A stretch of DNA of 40,077 nucleotides from Octopus bimaculoides (GCF_001194135.2 NC_068981.1:61946971-61987047); one strand, 5' to 3'; positions 12,071 through 24,023 are shown, numbered from the stretch's first letter. The notes: generated by a model not told the origin, from the letters alone. Numbers and translations are program-made.

Positions 12071-12639
12071 GACTGAATATATTTATATGTTTGTATGTGC
12101 TTCCTCTATTACGAGGTTTGAAAACAATGCTGTTCCATTTCTAATGTGTGATGCCAAGAAATCACCGTTACGTTCATTTCCAACCAATACACAGTGCCAA
12201 GAAAATTATCAATGACCTCTATAATTTAATGCCATCTATCTTATCAATGGATAAGTACTCTTTTAATCTTATCTTTCATCTTAATGTTAAAATAAAGATG
12301 GCGAGCTTTCGATTGAAAATTATTCTTGCATTCAAATGACTGCATAATAGAAATGAGATCACAGCATCGCATTGTGTGTGAAATGGAAGGATATAAAAAT
12401 AACGCTAAAATTATACATACAGAGAGTGGTGATTTGCAGAAACGGTAGATGGTTGGAGAAAATGTCTTTGTGATATTTACTTAAGTCAATAATAAGAGTT
12501 TAAATTAACTAAGACAACTTTAGCATTCATCATTCCAAGGTCGATAAAATGATGTACCAGTTAAGAACAAAGTCGATTTATACGACTATCGACTATACTC
12601 CATCCTTTAAAATGTGTTGCCTTAGCTTCAAAAGACAAA

Positions 12640-13090
12640 GACAGGTGGTGTAGACAACAAACAAATGTATTAGTTTAACGCTTGGGAAGTGAAGAAGTCT
12701 ATAACGTTTCGAGCCTATGGTCTTCCACAGAAAGGAACACAGAAAGAAACAAGGAGAGAAGATAAAGAATGTGTAGTAGATAGCGATCTGTCATGGCGAA
12801 TGCCGGACAGAGGGGTCACACAGGAGAGTTAGGAAGAAGGGGAGATAATAAAGTAGTGGTGATCCCAAAACGAAGGTGCGCGCGCGTGTGTATAAGAGAG
12901 TATGTATGTGCGTGTGGAAGAGGGCTGGTGACCTTGACCTATGCGTGTGTGTATGTGTAGGTGTGTAGATGTGGGTCTGGGAAGTGGTGAGTGCTAGTGT
13001 GTGCGCGGTGGTGTGATGTGATGTGGTGTTGTGTGGTATGGTGGTGTATGGTGTAGTGGTGTGTTCTGTGGTGTGAGGGTGTTGAGTGGT
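12640..13090 (-). mobile_element. Probable PLE 3' terminal remnant: (CACCA)n, C/T-rich tract, hammerhead-like motif
   Basis: Minus strand has the same CACCA and pyrimidine composition that follows the PLE at 1-1259, followed by a degenerate hammerhead core. Family assignment is inference. Confidence 0.55.
12699..12734 (-). ncRNA. Degenerate minimal type I hammerhead-like motif
   Basis: Minus strand: cttt-CTGTGGA-a-gacc-atag-gctc-GAAAC-GTT-atag. The architecture fits, but A6 is mutated and stems I and II each carry a mismatch. Confidence 0.4.
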
Positions 13091-13097
13091 GGTGGGG

Positions 13098-13275
13098 GTA
13101 TATATATGTCTACATATATATACGTGTGTATATATGTGTATATATATATACATATGTATACACACACACATCTATATATACATACACACACATACGTATA
13201 TATATATGTACGCACACACATATATATACATACACATACATATATATATACACACACACACGTGAACATGCACAA

Positions 13276-13310
<35 letters not shown>
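13098..13310. repeat. Compound (TA)/(CA) microsatellite
   Basis: Direct reading. Confidence 0.9.
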
Positions 13311-13311
<1 letters not shown>

Positions 13312-13499
13312 CAGCATTTGTGCATGTGTGGCAAGGAAGGGATGAAAGTGAGGAGTGCGATATGATTGAACAGTCTCTTTTTTGTGTAAGGGTGAAAAGG
13401 AAAAAGAGAAAAGTATTTTTACAAAGCGTTATGTTTAAAAAAAGTAGCTATAAATTCAATATTAATATAAGGTAACAATAGATAGGCAATATTGATATT

Positions 13500-13800
13500 T
13501 ACTTGGCGGCGTTTCGTCCGTCTTGATGTTCTGAGTTCAAATTCCACCGAGCTCGAGTTAGCCTTTCATCCTTCGGGGTCGATACAATGTGTACAAGTTG
13601 AGTACTGGCATCAATGTAATCGATTTAATCTTTCTTTTGTAATCACCGGCTTTGTATCAAAATTTGGAACCAATATTAATATCGACTGCGGCATTTCATC
13701 TGCCTTTACGTCCTGAGTTCAAATTCTGCCGCGGTCGACTTTGCCTTCATTCTTTTATGGTCGATAAATTAAGTACCAGTTGCATACTGAGGGGGAGGGA
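13500..13800 (+). mobile_element. Two tandem family A SINE copies
   Basis: gttctgagttcaaattccaccgag...gcctttcatccttcggggtcgat at ~13527-13582 and gtcctgagttcaaattctgccgcggtcgactttgccttc...gtcgataaattaagtaccagtt at ~13710-13781. Confidence 0.85.
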
Positions 13801-14075
13801 TCTAATTTGCATATACATGCATACACACATACACACATACATGCATACATATGTGTAAACACATGCACACTGACGCACACACATGTGCCCAAAAGAAACA
13901 AAAAAAATGTAGTTCCGCTAACGGACAGAGTCAACGACTATAGTAAAAGCTGCAGGACGGAACGAAAATTTTAGGAAAAATAAATAAGTAAATGAGTGGA
14001 AATCGAACCGGTGAGTGTGTTAATTAATAAGGCACTTAAAGAGAATTACTCTCTCTCTAGTCACAATAAAATTAT

Positions 14076-14325
14076 TTTTTATCTTTTACTTATTTCAGTC
14101 ATTAGACTGCAACCATGCTGTGGCACCCTCTTAGAGAGTTTTATGCGAACAAATTTACCCTAGTATTTTTTCTTTGGAGCTTAATAGTTATTCTATCGTT
14201 CTCTTTTGCTGAACCGCTACGTTCCGTGGACGTAATGACAACAAAACCGGGGGACATAAAGATTCACACACACTGACATGAATATATGCATACGACGGGT
14301 TTCTTTCAGTTTCCGTTAACCAAAA
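14076..14325 (-). mobile_element. Family B composite SINE, partial
   Basis: The same 3' module (cagtcattagactgcaaccatgctg...ttattctatcg...gctgaaccgctacgtt) plus tacgacgggtttctttcagtttccgt, as at 3872-4348. Confidence 0.8.
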
Positions 14326-14535
14326 TGCTTCTTAACATATTTCTTAAATTTAACAGAACCTTCGGGAATCCCACCACCTTCAATAAACTTTTAAGTATCG
14401 ATAACTCTTATTATATCCCTTCAAGCCTAAACCTCCATGTTTGTACAATGGAAGGAGATTCTTAAGAATATACTGCATCAGTGATTATTTAAGATTTCGC
14501 TTCTTTTTTTTTTTGTACGACAAACAAGGAGCTAT

Positions 14536-14757
14536 ATTAGTTTCAAATTGTGGCACAAGTCCAGTAATTTCAGAGATGGGGGTGTGAAATCAATGACATC
14601 GACCCCAGTGCTTGATTGGTACCTATTTTATCGATCTTGTAAAAATGAAAAGCTATGTCGACCTCTGGCGGAACTTGAACATAGAATGTTAGGTCTTGAG
14701 AAGTGCCACGAAACATTTTTGCCGTCGTGCTAATGATTCAACCAGTTCGCCGCCTTA
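14536..14757 (-). mobile_element. Family A SINE, degenerate
   Basis: atcgaccccagtg...ggtacctattttatcgat...gtcgacctctggcggaacttgaac...gtgctaatgattcaaccagttcgccgcc. Confidence 0.8.
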
Positions 14758-15149
14758 CAGAAAGATATACGTTCAAATCGAGAATCCCTGTTCTTTCTGC
14801 CAAATTGCTCTTTCAATTCAAGGCACTCCAAATTCCCAAACGCCAAAATTTGGCAATGACTATTAGCAGTGTAGCTGAACAGGAGTTGGAAGATATGCCT
14901 TTCTCATGGGTAATTAGATATTGAATATTTAATTAATGGAAGCAAGATCAATCTTTATATCAATGCTCAAGGTGCAAACAGGAAAATATGACAAGAAAAA
15001 ACAAAACAGTATTATCATGAAACTCTTCGGCGAGTATTATTTTGCTACGTTCTCCAAGAAGAAAAACATTTTTTTAACGTTGTGTTCCAATAAATAAATT
15101 TATGCAGAATTACTACGATTCTTCTTCAAGAAATTGGCTGGCTGCCAAC

Positions 15150-15418
15150 AGTGTATGTGTGTGTGAGAGAGAGAGAGGAAGAGAGGATAGAGCGAGTGTA
15201 TTGTACGTATGTGTGTTTGTGTGCGAGTATACAGTATATGCTTGTGTGTACATATGTGTCTGTATGTTCGTCAGCGGCAATGTTTGTATGGTGCATAAAT
15301 ATATAAATATTCATTTTTCTCTCAATTTTCTCTCTTTCTTTCTCATTCTCTATTATATGTGTGTATATGAGTATGCATGTATACCCACACGCACACACAC
15401 ACACACACACACGCACAC

Positions 15419-15450
<32 letters not shown>

Positions 15451-16119
15451 ATGTGTGTGTGTGTATGTATGTATCTATGTATGTATGTATATATATATAT
15501 ATATATATATAACAGTGAATGTCTTTATTTGGGAAAACAACTGACCATCCCGTAATATAGCAATATCTGTTTCAACGCATGGTTTTAAACCAGGAATCCT
15601 ACGACACAAACGTATANNNNNNNNNNNNNNNNNNNNNNNNNNNNNNNNNNNNNNNNNNNNNNNNNNNNNNNNNNNNNNNNNNNNNNNNNNNNNNNNNNNN
15701 NNNNNNNNNNNNNNNNNNNNNNNNNNNNNNNNNNNNNNNNNNNNNNNNNNNNNNNNNNNNNNNNNNNNNNNNNNNNNNNNNNNNNNNNNNNNNNNNNNNN
15801 NNNNNNNNNNNNNNNNNNNNNNNNNNNNNNNNNNNNNNNNNNNNNNNNNNNNNNNNNNNNNNNNNNNNNNNNNNNNNNNNNNNNNNNNNNNNNNNNNNNN
15901 NNNNNNNNNNNNNNNNNNNNNNNNNNNNNNNNNNNNNNNNNNNNNNNNNNNNNNNNNNNNNNNNNNNNNNNNNNNNNNNNNNNNNNNNNNNNNNNNNNNN
16001 NNNNNNNNNNNNNNNNNNNNNNNNNNNNNNNNNNNNNNNNNNNNNNNNNNNNNNNNNNNNNNNNNNNNNNNNNNNNNNNNNNNNNNNNNNNNNNNNNNNN
16101 NNNNNNNNNNNNNNNNNNN

Positions 16120-16194
<75 letters not shown>

Positions 16195-16498
16195 CATACA
16201 TATACACACATACATATGTATAAAAACATATATACTGACATATATATATGTATATATATGTGTGTATATTATGTATATAGATATTGTATATATATGTGTA
16301 TATATATATGTATGTATGTATGCATGTATGTATTGCATATATGCGTGTGTGTGTGTGTGCATGTTTCTAAATATGTATTAGTATGCTTATGCAGTTCGAG
16401 TTTAGATATACGAATGTATCTACACACACATACACTCAAAATAAGCTCAAACATATATTTGTATATGTGATAGTGTCTATGTGCGTGTGTGTATTTTC

Positions 16499-16539
<41 letters not shown>

Positions 16540-17212
16540 NNNNNNNNNNNNNNNNNNNNNNNNNNNNNNNNNNNNNNNNNNNNNNNNNNNNNNNNNNNNN
16601 NNNNNNNNNNNNNNNNNNNNNNNNNNNNNNNNNNNNNNNNNNNNNNNNNNNNNNNNNNNNNNNNNNNNNNNNNNNNNNNNNNNNNNNNNNNNNNNNNNNN
16701 NNNNNNNNNNNNNNNNNNNNNNNNNNNNNNNNNNNNNNNNNNNNNNNNNNNNNNNNNNNNNNNNNNNNNNNNNNNNNNNNNNNNNNNNNNNNNNNNNNNN
16801 NNNNNNNNNNNNNNNNNNNNNNNNNNNNNNNNNNNNNNNNNNNNNNNNNNNNNNNNNNNNNNNNNNNNNNNNNNNNNNNNNNNNNNNNNNNNNNNNNNNN
16901 NNNNNNNNNNNNNNNNNNNNNNNNNNNNNNNNNNNNNNNNNNNNNNNNNNNNNNNNNNNNNNNNNNNNNNNNNNNNNNNNNNNNNNNNNNNNNNNNNNNN
17001 NNNNNNNNNNNNNNNNNNNNNNNNNNNNNNNNNNNNNNNNNNNNNNNNNNNNNNNNNNNNNNNNNNNNNNNNNNNNNNNNNNNNNNNNNNNNNNNNNNNN
17101 NNNNNNNNNNNNNNNNNNNNNNNNNNNNNNNNNNNNNNNNNNNNNNNNNNNNNNNNNNNNNNNNNNNNNNNNNNNNNNNNNNNNNNNNNNNNNNNNNNNN
17201 NNNNNNNNNNNN

Positions 17213-17243
<31 letters not shown>
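15150..17243. repeat. Large compound microsatellite cluster (GA, TG, CA, TA, ATGT) with two gaps
   Basis: Direct reading; N-gaps 15617-16119 and 16540-17212. Confidence 0.88.
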
Positions 17244-17249
<6 letters not shown>

Positions 17250-17519
17250 GTAAGCTTATGTTTTTGTCAATGAATGTCTAATCATGTCTCTGTGAAAGGA
17301 AGTGAAAGAACTGCATGAAAGAAACGAGTGCAAGTAGTACTAGAATGTCGGTTTGGTGCTATCGATTGGAACAGCGAAACTCAATGAGGAAGAACACTCT
17401 AACGTGAGTAATCAGCAAAGCAGAGTATGAGTGAAAAGTTGATTAAATGAATGAGTGAAATGCTAGGTAAGTGCAAGCGTTGATGGGTAAGAGAATGGGT
17501 TAGTTAGTATATCAGTAAA

Positions 17520-17670
17520 ATGTGGCCTAGTGATTAGGGCTTTTGACAGATGCCATCATAATTTTGAGGTTTCATTTCTTGGACGTTATGTCCTTCTTTG
17601 ATCGAAGCGCTTTTTATTTATTTATTTTTTTTACTGATGCAGTCTGCACAGCTGAAATGAGTAACAGCCG
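17520..17670 (+). mobile_element. tRNA-derived SINE, family C, highly degenerate
   Basis: A-box-like gtggcctagtgattaggg, then gttatgtccttc and cagctgaaatgagtaac; resembles the minus copy at 32158-32272. Confidence 0.5.
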
Positions 17671-17990
17671 AGTACTGGTTTTAGCTCCCACTACATTCAG
17701 CTGTCACCTTCTCGGTGTATTGTGTGGTCAAAAAGTGAGAGAATTTGTTATCCATGTCTGCTCTTTGCTGTTCACTACATAGACACCTACGCCAAACTTT
17801 GGTACATGCTACCAAAATATATTCAATCACAGATGACGACTGAATCTACTGTGCGTGTGTGTGTGTGTGGTGTTAGATGTGTGTAAGCGGGTGGATGAAT
17901 GAATATATAGGTGGAAGACAGATTTTAAATGAACCAAAAAACACAGAGAAAAGGGGAGGTGAGAAAGAAAAAGAGCAGACAAGAGACATC

Positions 17991-17994
17991 TTTG

Positions 17995-18028
<34 letters not shown>

Positions 18029-18345
18029 CATCCTCCTCCTCCTCATCATCATCATCAAGTTCCTTTGAATAGTGCAGCCAATCGTTGCAATACCACTCTA
18101 AACGCTTTTGCAGTCAGGAGTTACCAGTGGTCGCTGTTTTTCTGTCATGCGTAGCAGGGTCACCATGCTGTTGCCTATCCGATGTTGCCTGACCAGGATT
18201 CTTCTTTTATCCGATTCTTTTCCGCCTTCCTTAAACTGCACCCTGAAGGGTGGCTTTGGACAAAGCGACGTGACTGGATACGTGACCCTACCGAGCAAGA
18301 AATTGCCTTTATACCTGCGCAATGAGTTGATCATCTGGTAAAATA
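17991..18345 (-). mobile_element. RTE-clade LINE 3' end with (GAT)n tail
   Basis: Minus translation GHVSSHVALSKATLQGAV*GRRKR...SMVTLLRMTE matches the RTE C-terminal GHxxR...ILQGxVEGxRxRG motif, followed by a short tandem-repeat tail. Confidence 0.8.
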
Positions 18346-18457
18346 TTTGTTGATTTGCTGCCTAACAAAGAAGTTCGTTTTTTTTTCTGCTCTTTGTAGG
18401 GCATGCGTAGCATCCTTTTGGGATATATATGCTCAACTGCCTGGATTCTTCGTTCCA

Positions 18458-18572
18458 TGATAGAAAAAAGAGAAGTAATATGTACTTCGGTCGATTTGTT
18501 CGATCAAACCCTTCAAGGCAATGCTCCAATATGGCCGCAGTGTAATGACAACAACAACAGATAAAAGATAAA
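18458..18572 (+). mobile_element. Family B SINE 3' module alone
   Basis: cggtcgatttgttcgatcaaacccttcaaggcaatgctccaatatggccgcagtgtaatgac...gataaaagata. Confidence 0.75.
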
Positions 18573-18718
18573 CGATTCAAAGATTGAATGATCAAATCAC
18601 TTGACAACTACGTCTTTTAATTTCTATTTATTTCATTTGACTTTCCTGTCTCTTTTTGATTAAATTGACTTTTCTTTATTTTATCTGTGTGGGTGAGAAA
18701 CAGCGAGCGAAGATGGAA

Positions 18719-18760
<42 letters not shown>

Positions 18761-18924
18761 TGTGTGGGTGGAGGTGTAAGTGTTTCTGTGTGCATGTACT
18801 CGCGCGAATGTTTATGTTTGTGATTTTATAAGTTAAGTACGGTTTTTATAAAAAGGTTTTTAAATTATTTTAAAGTAGGTTTTGTAATTTTTTATTATCG
18901 GTCTCGGAGAGAAGGAAGTATTTG

Positions 18925-19330
18925 CATGTCTATGTGCATGTATGTATGTATGGATGTATGGATGGATGGATGGATGGATGCATGCATGCATGTATGTATG
19001 TGTATATGTATACCATAGTTCAGTTTTATTTCAAGATTCTTTGCCAATAGAGAAAGAGCCGGTATCTAACCTAGATTCAAGGCCTCTTTATTGGAATTTC
19101 AACATCAGCAGACTATTTTTGTTTGTTTGTATGTATGTATGTATGTATGTATGTATGTATGTATGTGTGCAGATTTGTGTTTTGCTTTATGTATTCTCAT
19201 GCATATAGTTGCATATCTTGACATGCTGATATGTACGTATGTATGTACGTATGTATGTATGTACGTATGTATGCATGTATGTATGTATGTATGTATGTAT
19301 GTGTGTATGTATGTGCATTTGTGTGTGGGT
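18925..19330. repeat. (ATGT)n/(ATGG)n tetranucleotide arrays
   Basis: Direct reading; interrupted by ~100 bp of non-repeat sequence at ~19010-19115. Confidence 0.88.
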
Positions 19331-19734
19331 GTATTGATTTTGAGACAGGGTGAGTAAAGGTGGTTGTGCGCACCCTTACCCGTACGTGCCTGTGTAGGCG
19401 CTTCTCTGTATTTTCTGTGTATTTTTTTTTGTGTTTATGTTTTCATTATACTTATCGTATTAATTAATTTACATATTCATTTATTGTATTTAACGAATTC
19501 TTTAGAGTAGGAAAAAAAAATCGTTTGAAGTATATTGGTTTATATTACATTACAGGTTTCGTGAAATGCATTGACTAAATAAACATTTAAATCGATGAAC
19601 AATCGAAGAAACAAAGATGCCATTTAAGAAATCCAACAAACAAAAATGGTATTTAAAAAAATTGCACAAAACAATAAGAAAATGGCAAAGAAATTTTTTT
19701 TAAATATAAATGAACGAATTAAAATTTTATAAAC

Positions 19735-19806
19735 ACGCACATGTATGCATATATATGTATGTGTATATACGTGCGTGTCTGTATATATATAAGTGTATAG
19801 AAGTGC

Positions 19807-19893
<87 letters not shown>

Positions 19894-20090
19894 CGTGCGT
19901 GTGCGTATACATATAAGTGCGTGTATATGCGTTTATGTATGTGCGTATTGATATATATATATATGTACAATTAGATATATATACATATATACACATATAT
20001 GCATATATAAATATATATCCATATATACATATATATGTGTGTGTGTGTATATATATATAAATNNNNNNNNNNNNNNNNNNNNTATATATA

Positions 20091-20124
<34 letters not shown>

Positions 20125-20130
20125 CACACA
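19735..20130. repeat. Compound (TA)/(TG) microsatellite with small gap
   Basis: Direct reading; N-gap 20063-20082. Confidence 0.9.
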
Positions 20131-20493
20131 CAAATAAAAAGTAATTGTATAAATAACAAAATTGATAAGAAAAATATATATGAACGAGCAAGCTGCGAAA
20201 CGGATGCCATCATTGGCATCACTAACGAGAAACAATTTAAGATTGTTGAACTTAAATGTCTTGGAATTAAAATGCGTTTAGAATAAAAATAATCTCCCCC
20301 TGTTCACGTGTTCTTAGTTGAGTGTGTATACGCTGCGTGTATGTGTATCAAACACACATATAAGTGTGTCTAAATGAAAGATGGTTAGTAAACGCCTAAG
20401 TGTGCGTGCGAAGTCTTGTTAGAATAGCATTATGCAAGTGATACGAATGCTTGCCTGGTGAGCGAACGTCATACAGCTTGCGGATAAATATGA

Positions 20494-20589
20494 TACTGTG
20501 TGGTAAGAAGTTTGCTTCCCAACCATATGGTCCCATGTTCAGTTCCACTATACCCTCAGGATGACCAGTTTTGTGAGTGGATTTGGTAG
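20494..20589 (+). mobile_element. Family B SINE head, internally deleted
   Basis: tgtgtggtaagaagtttgcttcccaaccatatggtcccatgttcagttccact...tgtgagtggatttggtag. Confidence 0.8.
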
Positions 20590-20653
20590 TCAGTGTCGTT
20601 CAATAGGCACCAGTGTAGTCAGTGTCGTTCAATAGGAACCAGTGTAGTCAGTG
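20586..20653. repeat. 29-bp tandem repeat (about 2.3 copies)
   Basis: gtagtcagtgtcgttcaatagg(c/a)accagt at 20586-20614 and 20615-20643, plus a partial third copy. Confidence 0.9.
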
Positions 20654-20894
20654 ACGGGACAACGTAGTTCTGTTTGCAATCATAGGGCTTTGCTTCCGTC
20701 GAATCTGTTGCGATGTTTAATGTGAAAATCATTTGGATTATATACAATATCTTTCCTCTCACTGGTAACTCTGTTGTTTATAGAGTAGATATTTTACCAA
20801 CAGTAACGAAAATACGTTTCTTCAAAAATTTCGCTATAAAATTAAGCTCTGTTACGACAAAAATGATACCTGTATGTGTAAATCTCTACCTAAT

Positions 20895-21345
20895 TTAGGC
20901 ACAAGGCTTGAAATTTGGTGTGAGAGATCTAGTCAATTACTTTGATGCTAGTGCCCGGCTGGTACCTCCGTTATCAGTCCCGAAAGGATGCAAGCTAAAG
21001 TCAGCCACAGTGGAATCTGAACTAAGAACATTAAGAGCCTGGCAGAAATGCCGTTAAGCATTCTTTTTTTCCGGCATGCTAACGATTCTTATTTTTTTAC
21101 TGCCCACAAGGGGCTACACACAGAGGGGACAAACAAGGACAGACAAACGGATTAAGTCGATTATATCGACCCCAGTGCGTAACTGGTACTTATTTAATCG
21201 ACCCCGAAAGGGTGAAAGACAAAGTCGACCTCGGCGGAATTTGAATTCAGAACGTAACGGCAGACGAAATACCGCTGAGCATTTCGCCTGGCGTGCTGAC
21301 GTTTCTGCCAGCTCGCCGCGTGCTAACGATTCTGCGAACTCGGTT
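20895..21345 (-). mobile_element. Old family A SINE interrupted by a younger copy
   Basis: Degenerate body at 20895-21089; its head resumes after 21321. Confidence 0.75.
21090..21320 (-). mobile_element. Well-preserved family A SINE with 13-bp target-site duplication
   Basis: Minus strand gcggcgagctggcagaaacgtcagcacgcc...gttctgaattcaaattccgccgaggtcgactttgtctttcaccctttcggggtcgattaaataagtaccag; flanked by tgctaacgattct at 21077-21089 and 21321-21333. Confidence 0.93.
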
Positions 21346-21695
21346 CCTCTGTAGGAATGAACTGACGGTTCATTTATGATTTTCTATTCCTGCAAGCCAG
21401 TCAGTTGTCGTGAAGAATGTGTTGCGTAGCAAATGAAAAAATCATTAAGCGTGCTAATTAATCAATGTATTTATTTATTAATATATGCGAGATGTTTGCG
21501 TGCGTTCTCTTATTATTTAGATATCAATCGAATGATTCAGAATCAGTATGGTATTCAAAAGGTTTCGTTATCTCCAACTAAGAGGAACATTTCATATAAT
21601 TGAGAACTGCTTTCGAACGACATTCAGTATCACCCTTTTTTGATTATGCATCTATATTGTTGCCATTACTCTATTTGAGTAGTTTTCTTTGATTA

Positions 21696-21950
21696 CTTTT
21701 TTATCTTTTACTTGCTCCAGTCATTTGACAGCAGCCATGCTGGGGGCACCACGTTGAAGAATTTCTAGCGTTGAAGAATTTTTCGACCCCAGTAGTTATT
21801 TTTCAAAGCCTGGTATTTATTTTATCGGTCATTTTCGCGAACCGCTATGTTACGAAGATTTAAACACACAAGCTCTCGCTGGTAAACGAGTGGTGGGGTG
21901 ACAAACAAAGACACATACACCCATACACGCATGTATGTATACACACACAC

Positions 21951-21986
<36 letters not shown>

Positions 21987-22312
21987 GCACGTACACACAC
22001 ACATATATATATATAAATATATGTATGTATGTATGTATTATATGTTANNNNNNNNNNNNNNNNNNNNNNNNNNNNNNNNNNNNNNNNNNNNNNNNNNNNN
22101 NNNNNNNNNNNNNNNNNNNNNNNNNNNNNNNNNNNNNNNNNNNNNNATATATATACGACGGTCTTGTTTCAGTTTATATCTACCAAATCCACCCACAAGG
22201 CTTTGGTCGGGCCGGGGCTATAGTAGAAGTCATTTACCCAAGGTGCCACACTCTGGGACAGAACACGGAGCCATGTATTTGGGAAGCAAGCTTTTTACCA
22301 CACAGTCACGCT
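21696..22312 (-). mobile_element. Family B composite SINE (head, CA/TA microsatellite with gap, 3' module)
   Basis: Head 22147-22312 (ggctatagtagaagtcatttacccaaggtgccac); 3' module 21696-21900. Confidence 0.85.
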
Positions 22313-22663
22313 TGGTTATTACTAAGAACCATTAGAAATAATATCCTGTTTCAGTTTTTGTACCATTAAAGAACGGATCAAATGATAGCTCCTTCTTGAA
22401 ACGACACTGGAATATCGTACACAATTTTTCGATAAGATTTCCATTTTTAACCCTAAATGGAATCCGACAAACCATTGTACTGCTTAAGTCGTTGAGTTAT
22501 GACACCCATCGGGTACAGCTGAATGCAATTATTCTCAGCCTTTGAGAGATACATGTCTTGATTTAGAATGCAATACAGTCCTATATTTAAGAGACGAGGA
22601 ATTCTGTACGTTATTTACATTATTTACATTTGACGGATATTTGTCCTCATCTTGTTTGTTGTT

Positions 22664-22709
22664 AACACAACGTTTCGGCTGATATACCCTCCACCCTTCT
22701 TCAAGTGTT
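22664..22709 (-). ncRNA. Minimal type I hammerhead-like motif (left arm)
   Basis: aacac-TTGAAGA-a-gggtg-gagggtatat-cagcc-GAAAC-GTT-gtgtt: perfect 5-bp stem I, C3 changed to U, one stem II mismatch. Confidence 0.65.
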
Positions 22710-22760
22710 TTGGAGAAATTTTGAACCTGGGTACTCATTCCTAAGGTATTGTTCGATGTT

Positions 22761-22791
<31 letters not shown>

Positions 22792-22792
22792 G

Positions 22793-22865
22793 TCAGGTCA
22801 CTGCCTGGAGTGGAACTCGGAATCTTGGGGCTAGTAGCCGCATTCTTAACCACTACGCCATATGC
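22793..22865 (-). mobile_element. tRNA-derived Pol III head (SINE-like, not a tRNA gene)
   Basis: gcataTGGCGTAGTGGTTAAGaatgcggctactagccccaagattccGAGTTCCACTCCaggcagtgac: A-box-like and B-box-like motifs at tRNA-like spacing. Confidence 0.8.
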
Positions 22866-22910
22866 TGAAAATACCTTAGGAATGAGAACCCAGGTTCAAA
22901 ATTTCCCCAA

Positions 22911-22956
22911 GACACCTGATGAAGGCTGGAGGGTATATCAGCTGAAATGTTGTGTT
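22911..22956 (+). ncRNA. Minimal type I hammerhead-like motif (right arm)
   Basis: gacac-CTGATGA-a-ggctg-gagggtatat-cagct-GAAAT-GTT-gtgtt: core CUGAUGA/GAAA intact; the only departures are two C-to-T changes that keep G.U pairs. Confidence 0.72.
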
Positions 22957-24023
22957 AACAACACACAAGATGAGGACAAATATCCGTCAGATGTAAATAA
23001 TATAAATAATGTACATAATTCCTTATCACTTAAATATAGAACTGTCCCATGATCTCTCTCAAGCGTTTTCTGAAAGGTGAAACAAATCAGAGGGTAATTA
23101 GAGAAATATTAAAAGGAAATATGAGCCATGACTATTAGAGCTCGTTTATTATATTCACCTTTTATTCCTTCAATGCACCCTATGATCACTGCATCTTCTG
23201 CACTGTGTTGAAAATATACAGGTATCATTACGCAAGTTTATATTTTGCCCAAATTAAGCACACTATGACATACAAACTTTACACAAATAAGACTGACATA
23301 GTATAGACACGTTGCAACAAAACTAATTTATCTCAAAAGACGCAGATCATTTAATGGTATCTTTATAAAAATTGACGAAGGAAAATGGAAGATAAATATT
23401 TCCTGCAAGGAAAACACGAGAAATTCCCTATAACTGGACAATTTTGGACACGAACCCATCCTTAACTCAGTTGTTAGTGTTAACACAATTTATGACTAAC
23501 TTATAACTCCAGAAATTTAATTTACTTCTATTATATTGGACAGAGCTTCTGCTGACACTAGTTAGTTTTAAACATATAAATACATACACAGACATACACA
23601 CATACGCACTCACACAAGAAACAATCAGTAGTTAATATCTAAATTTATGCTATCATAATAAATTTGATCCTACGTGTAGAAGAAGAAATGTATTGTGAGC
23701 ATTTGAGATTTCAATGCCTTCCAGGGACAAGAAGTTTAATCCGATGCTGCAGAATCGCCGACGAAAATGTATACAATTTGACTAACTGCCAAATCTAGCT
23801 CGACTGAACGCATATTCTGTGGAAGAATACATACAAAAGCACACTAACACAAGACAGGTGTACATTCCCATGACTGACGCACACCTATGATACACCATCG
23901 GCATTAGATATTCTGCAGTGTATAATTGTTAACAATGCTGCACTCAAAAATATGTGACATAACAGATGTACAAGTTTCGCTGGTAATAGGTACAATCCGT
24001 CTGAAGTTTAAATACATACATAT

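Larger units (their letters stand above)
22542..23062. mobile_element. Inverted-repeat element: two hammerhead-bearing arms flanking (TTA)n and a tRNA-derived head
   Basis: Left arm 22542-22755 is the reverse complement of right arm 22866-23062; (TTA)n at 22759-22791; tRNA-like head on the minus strand at 22793-22865. Confidence 0.88.

Noticed and set aside
8921-17281. Many long ORFs of 100-338 aa in the track
   Set aside because: Composed of X from gaps and dinucleotide translations (CVCV, HTHT, YIYI).
20586-20653. CRISPR-like 29-bp repeat
   Set aside because: Copies are directly adjacent with no spacers, the context is eukaryotic and there are no cas genes.
22793-22865. Possible tRNA gene
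   Set aside because: Has A/B boxes but no convincing acceptor-stem or cloverleaf pairing and is embedded in a repeat; treated as a SINE head.
22535-23052. Two similar ORFs on opposite strands (…EGWRVYQ.K.CVNN…)
   Set aside because: A by-product of the inverted arms; the shared peptide is the translation of the hammerhead region.
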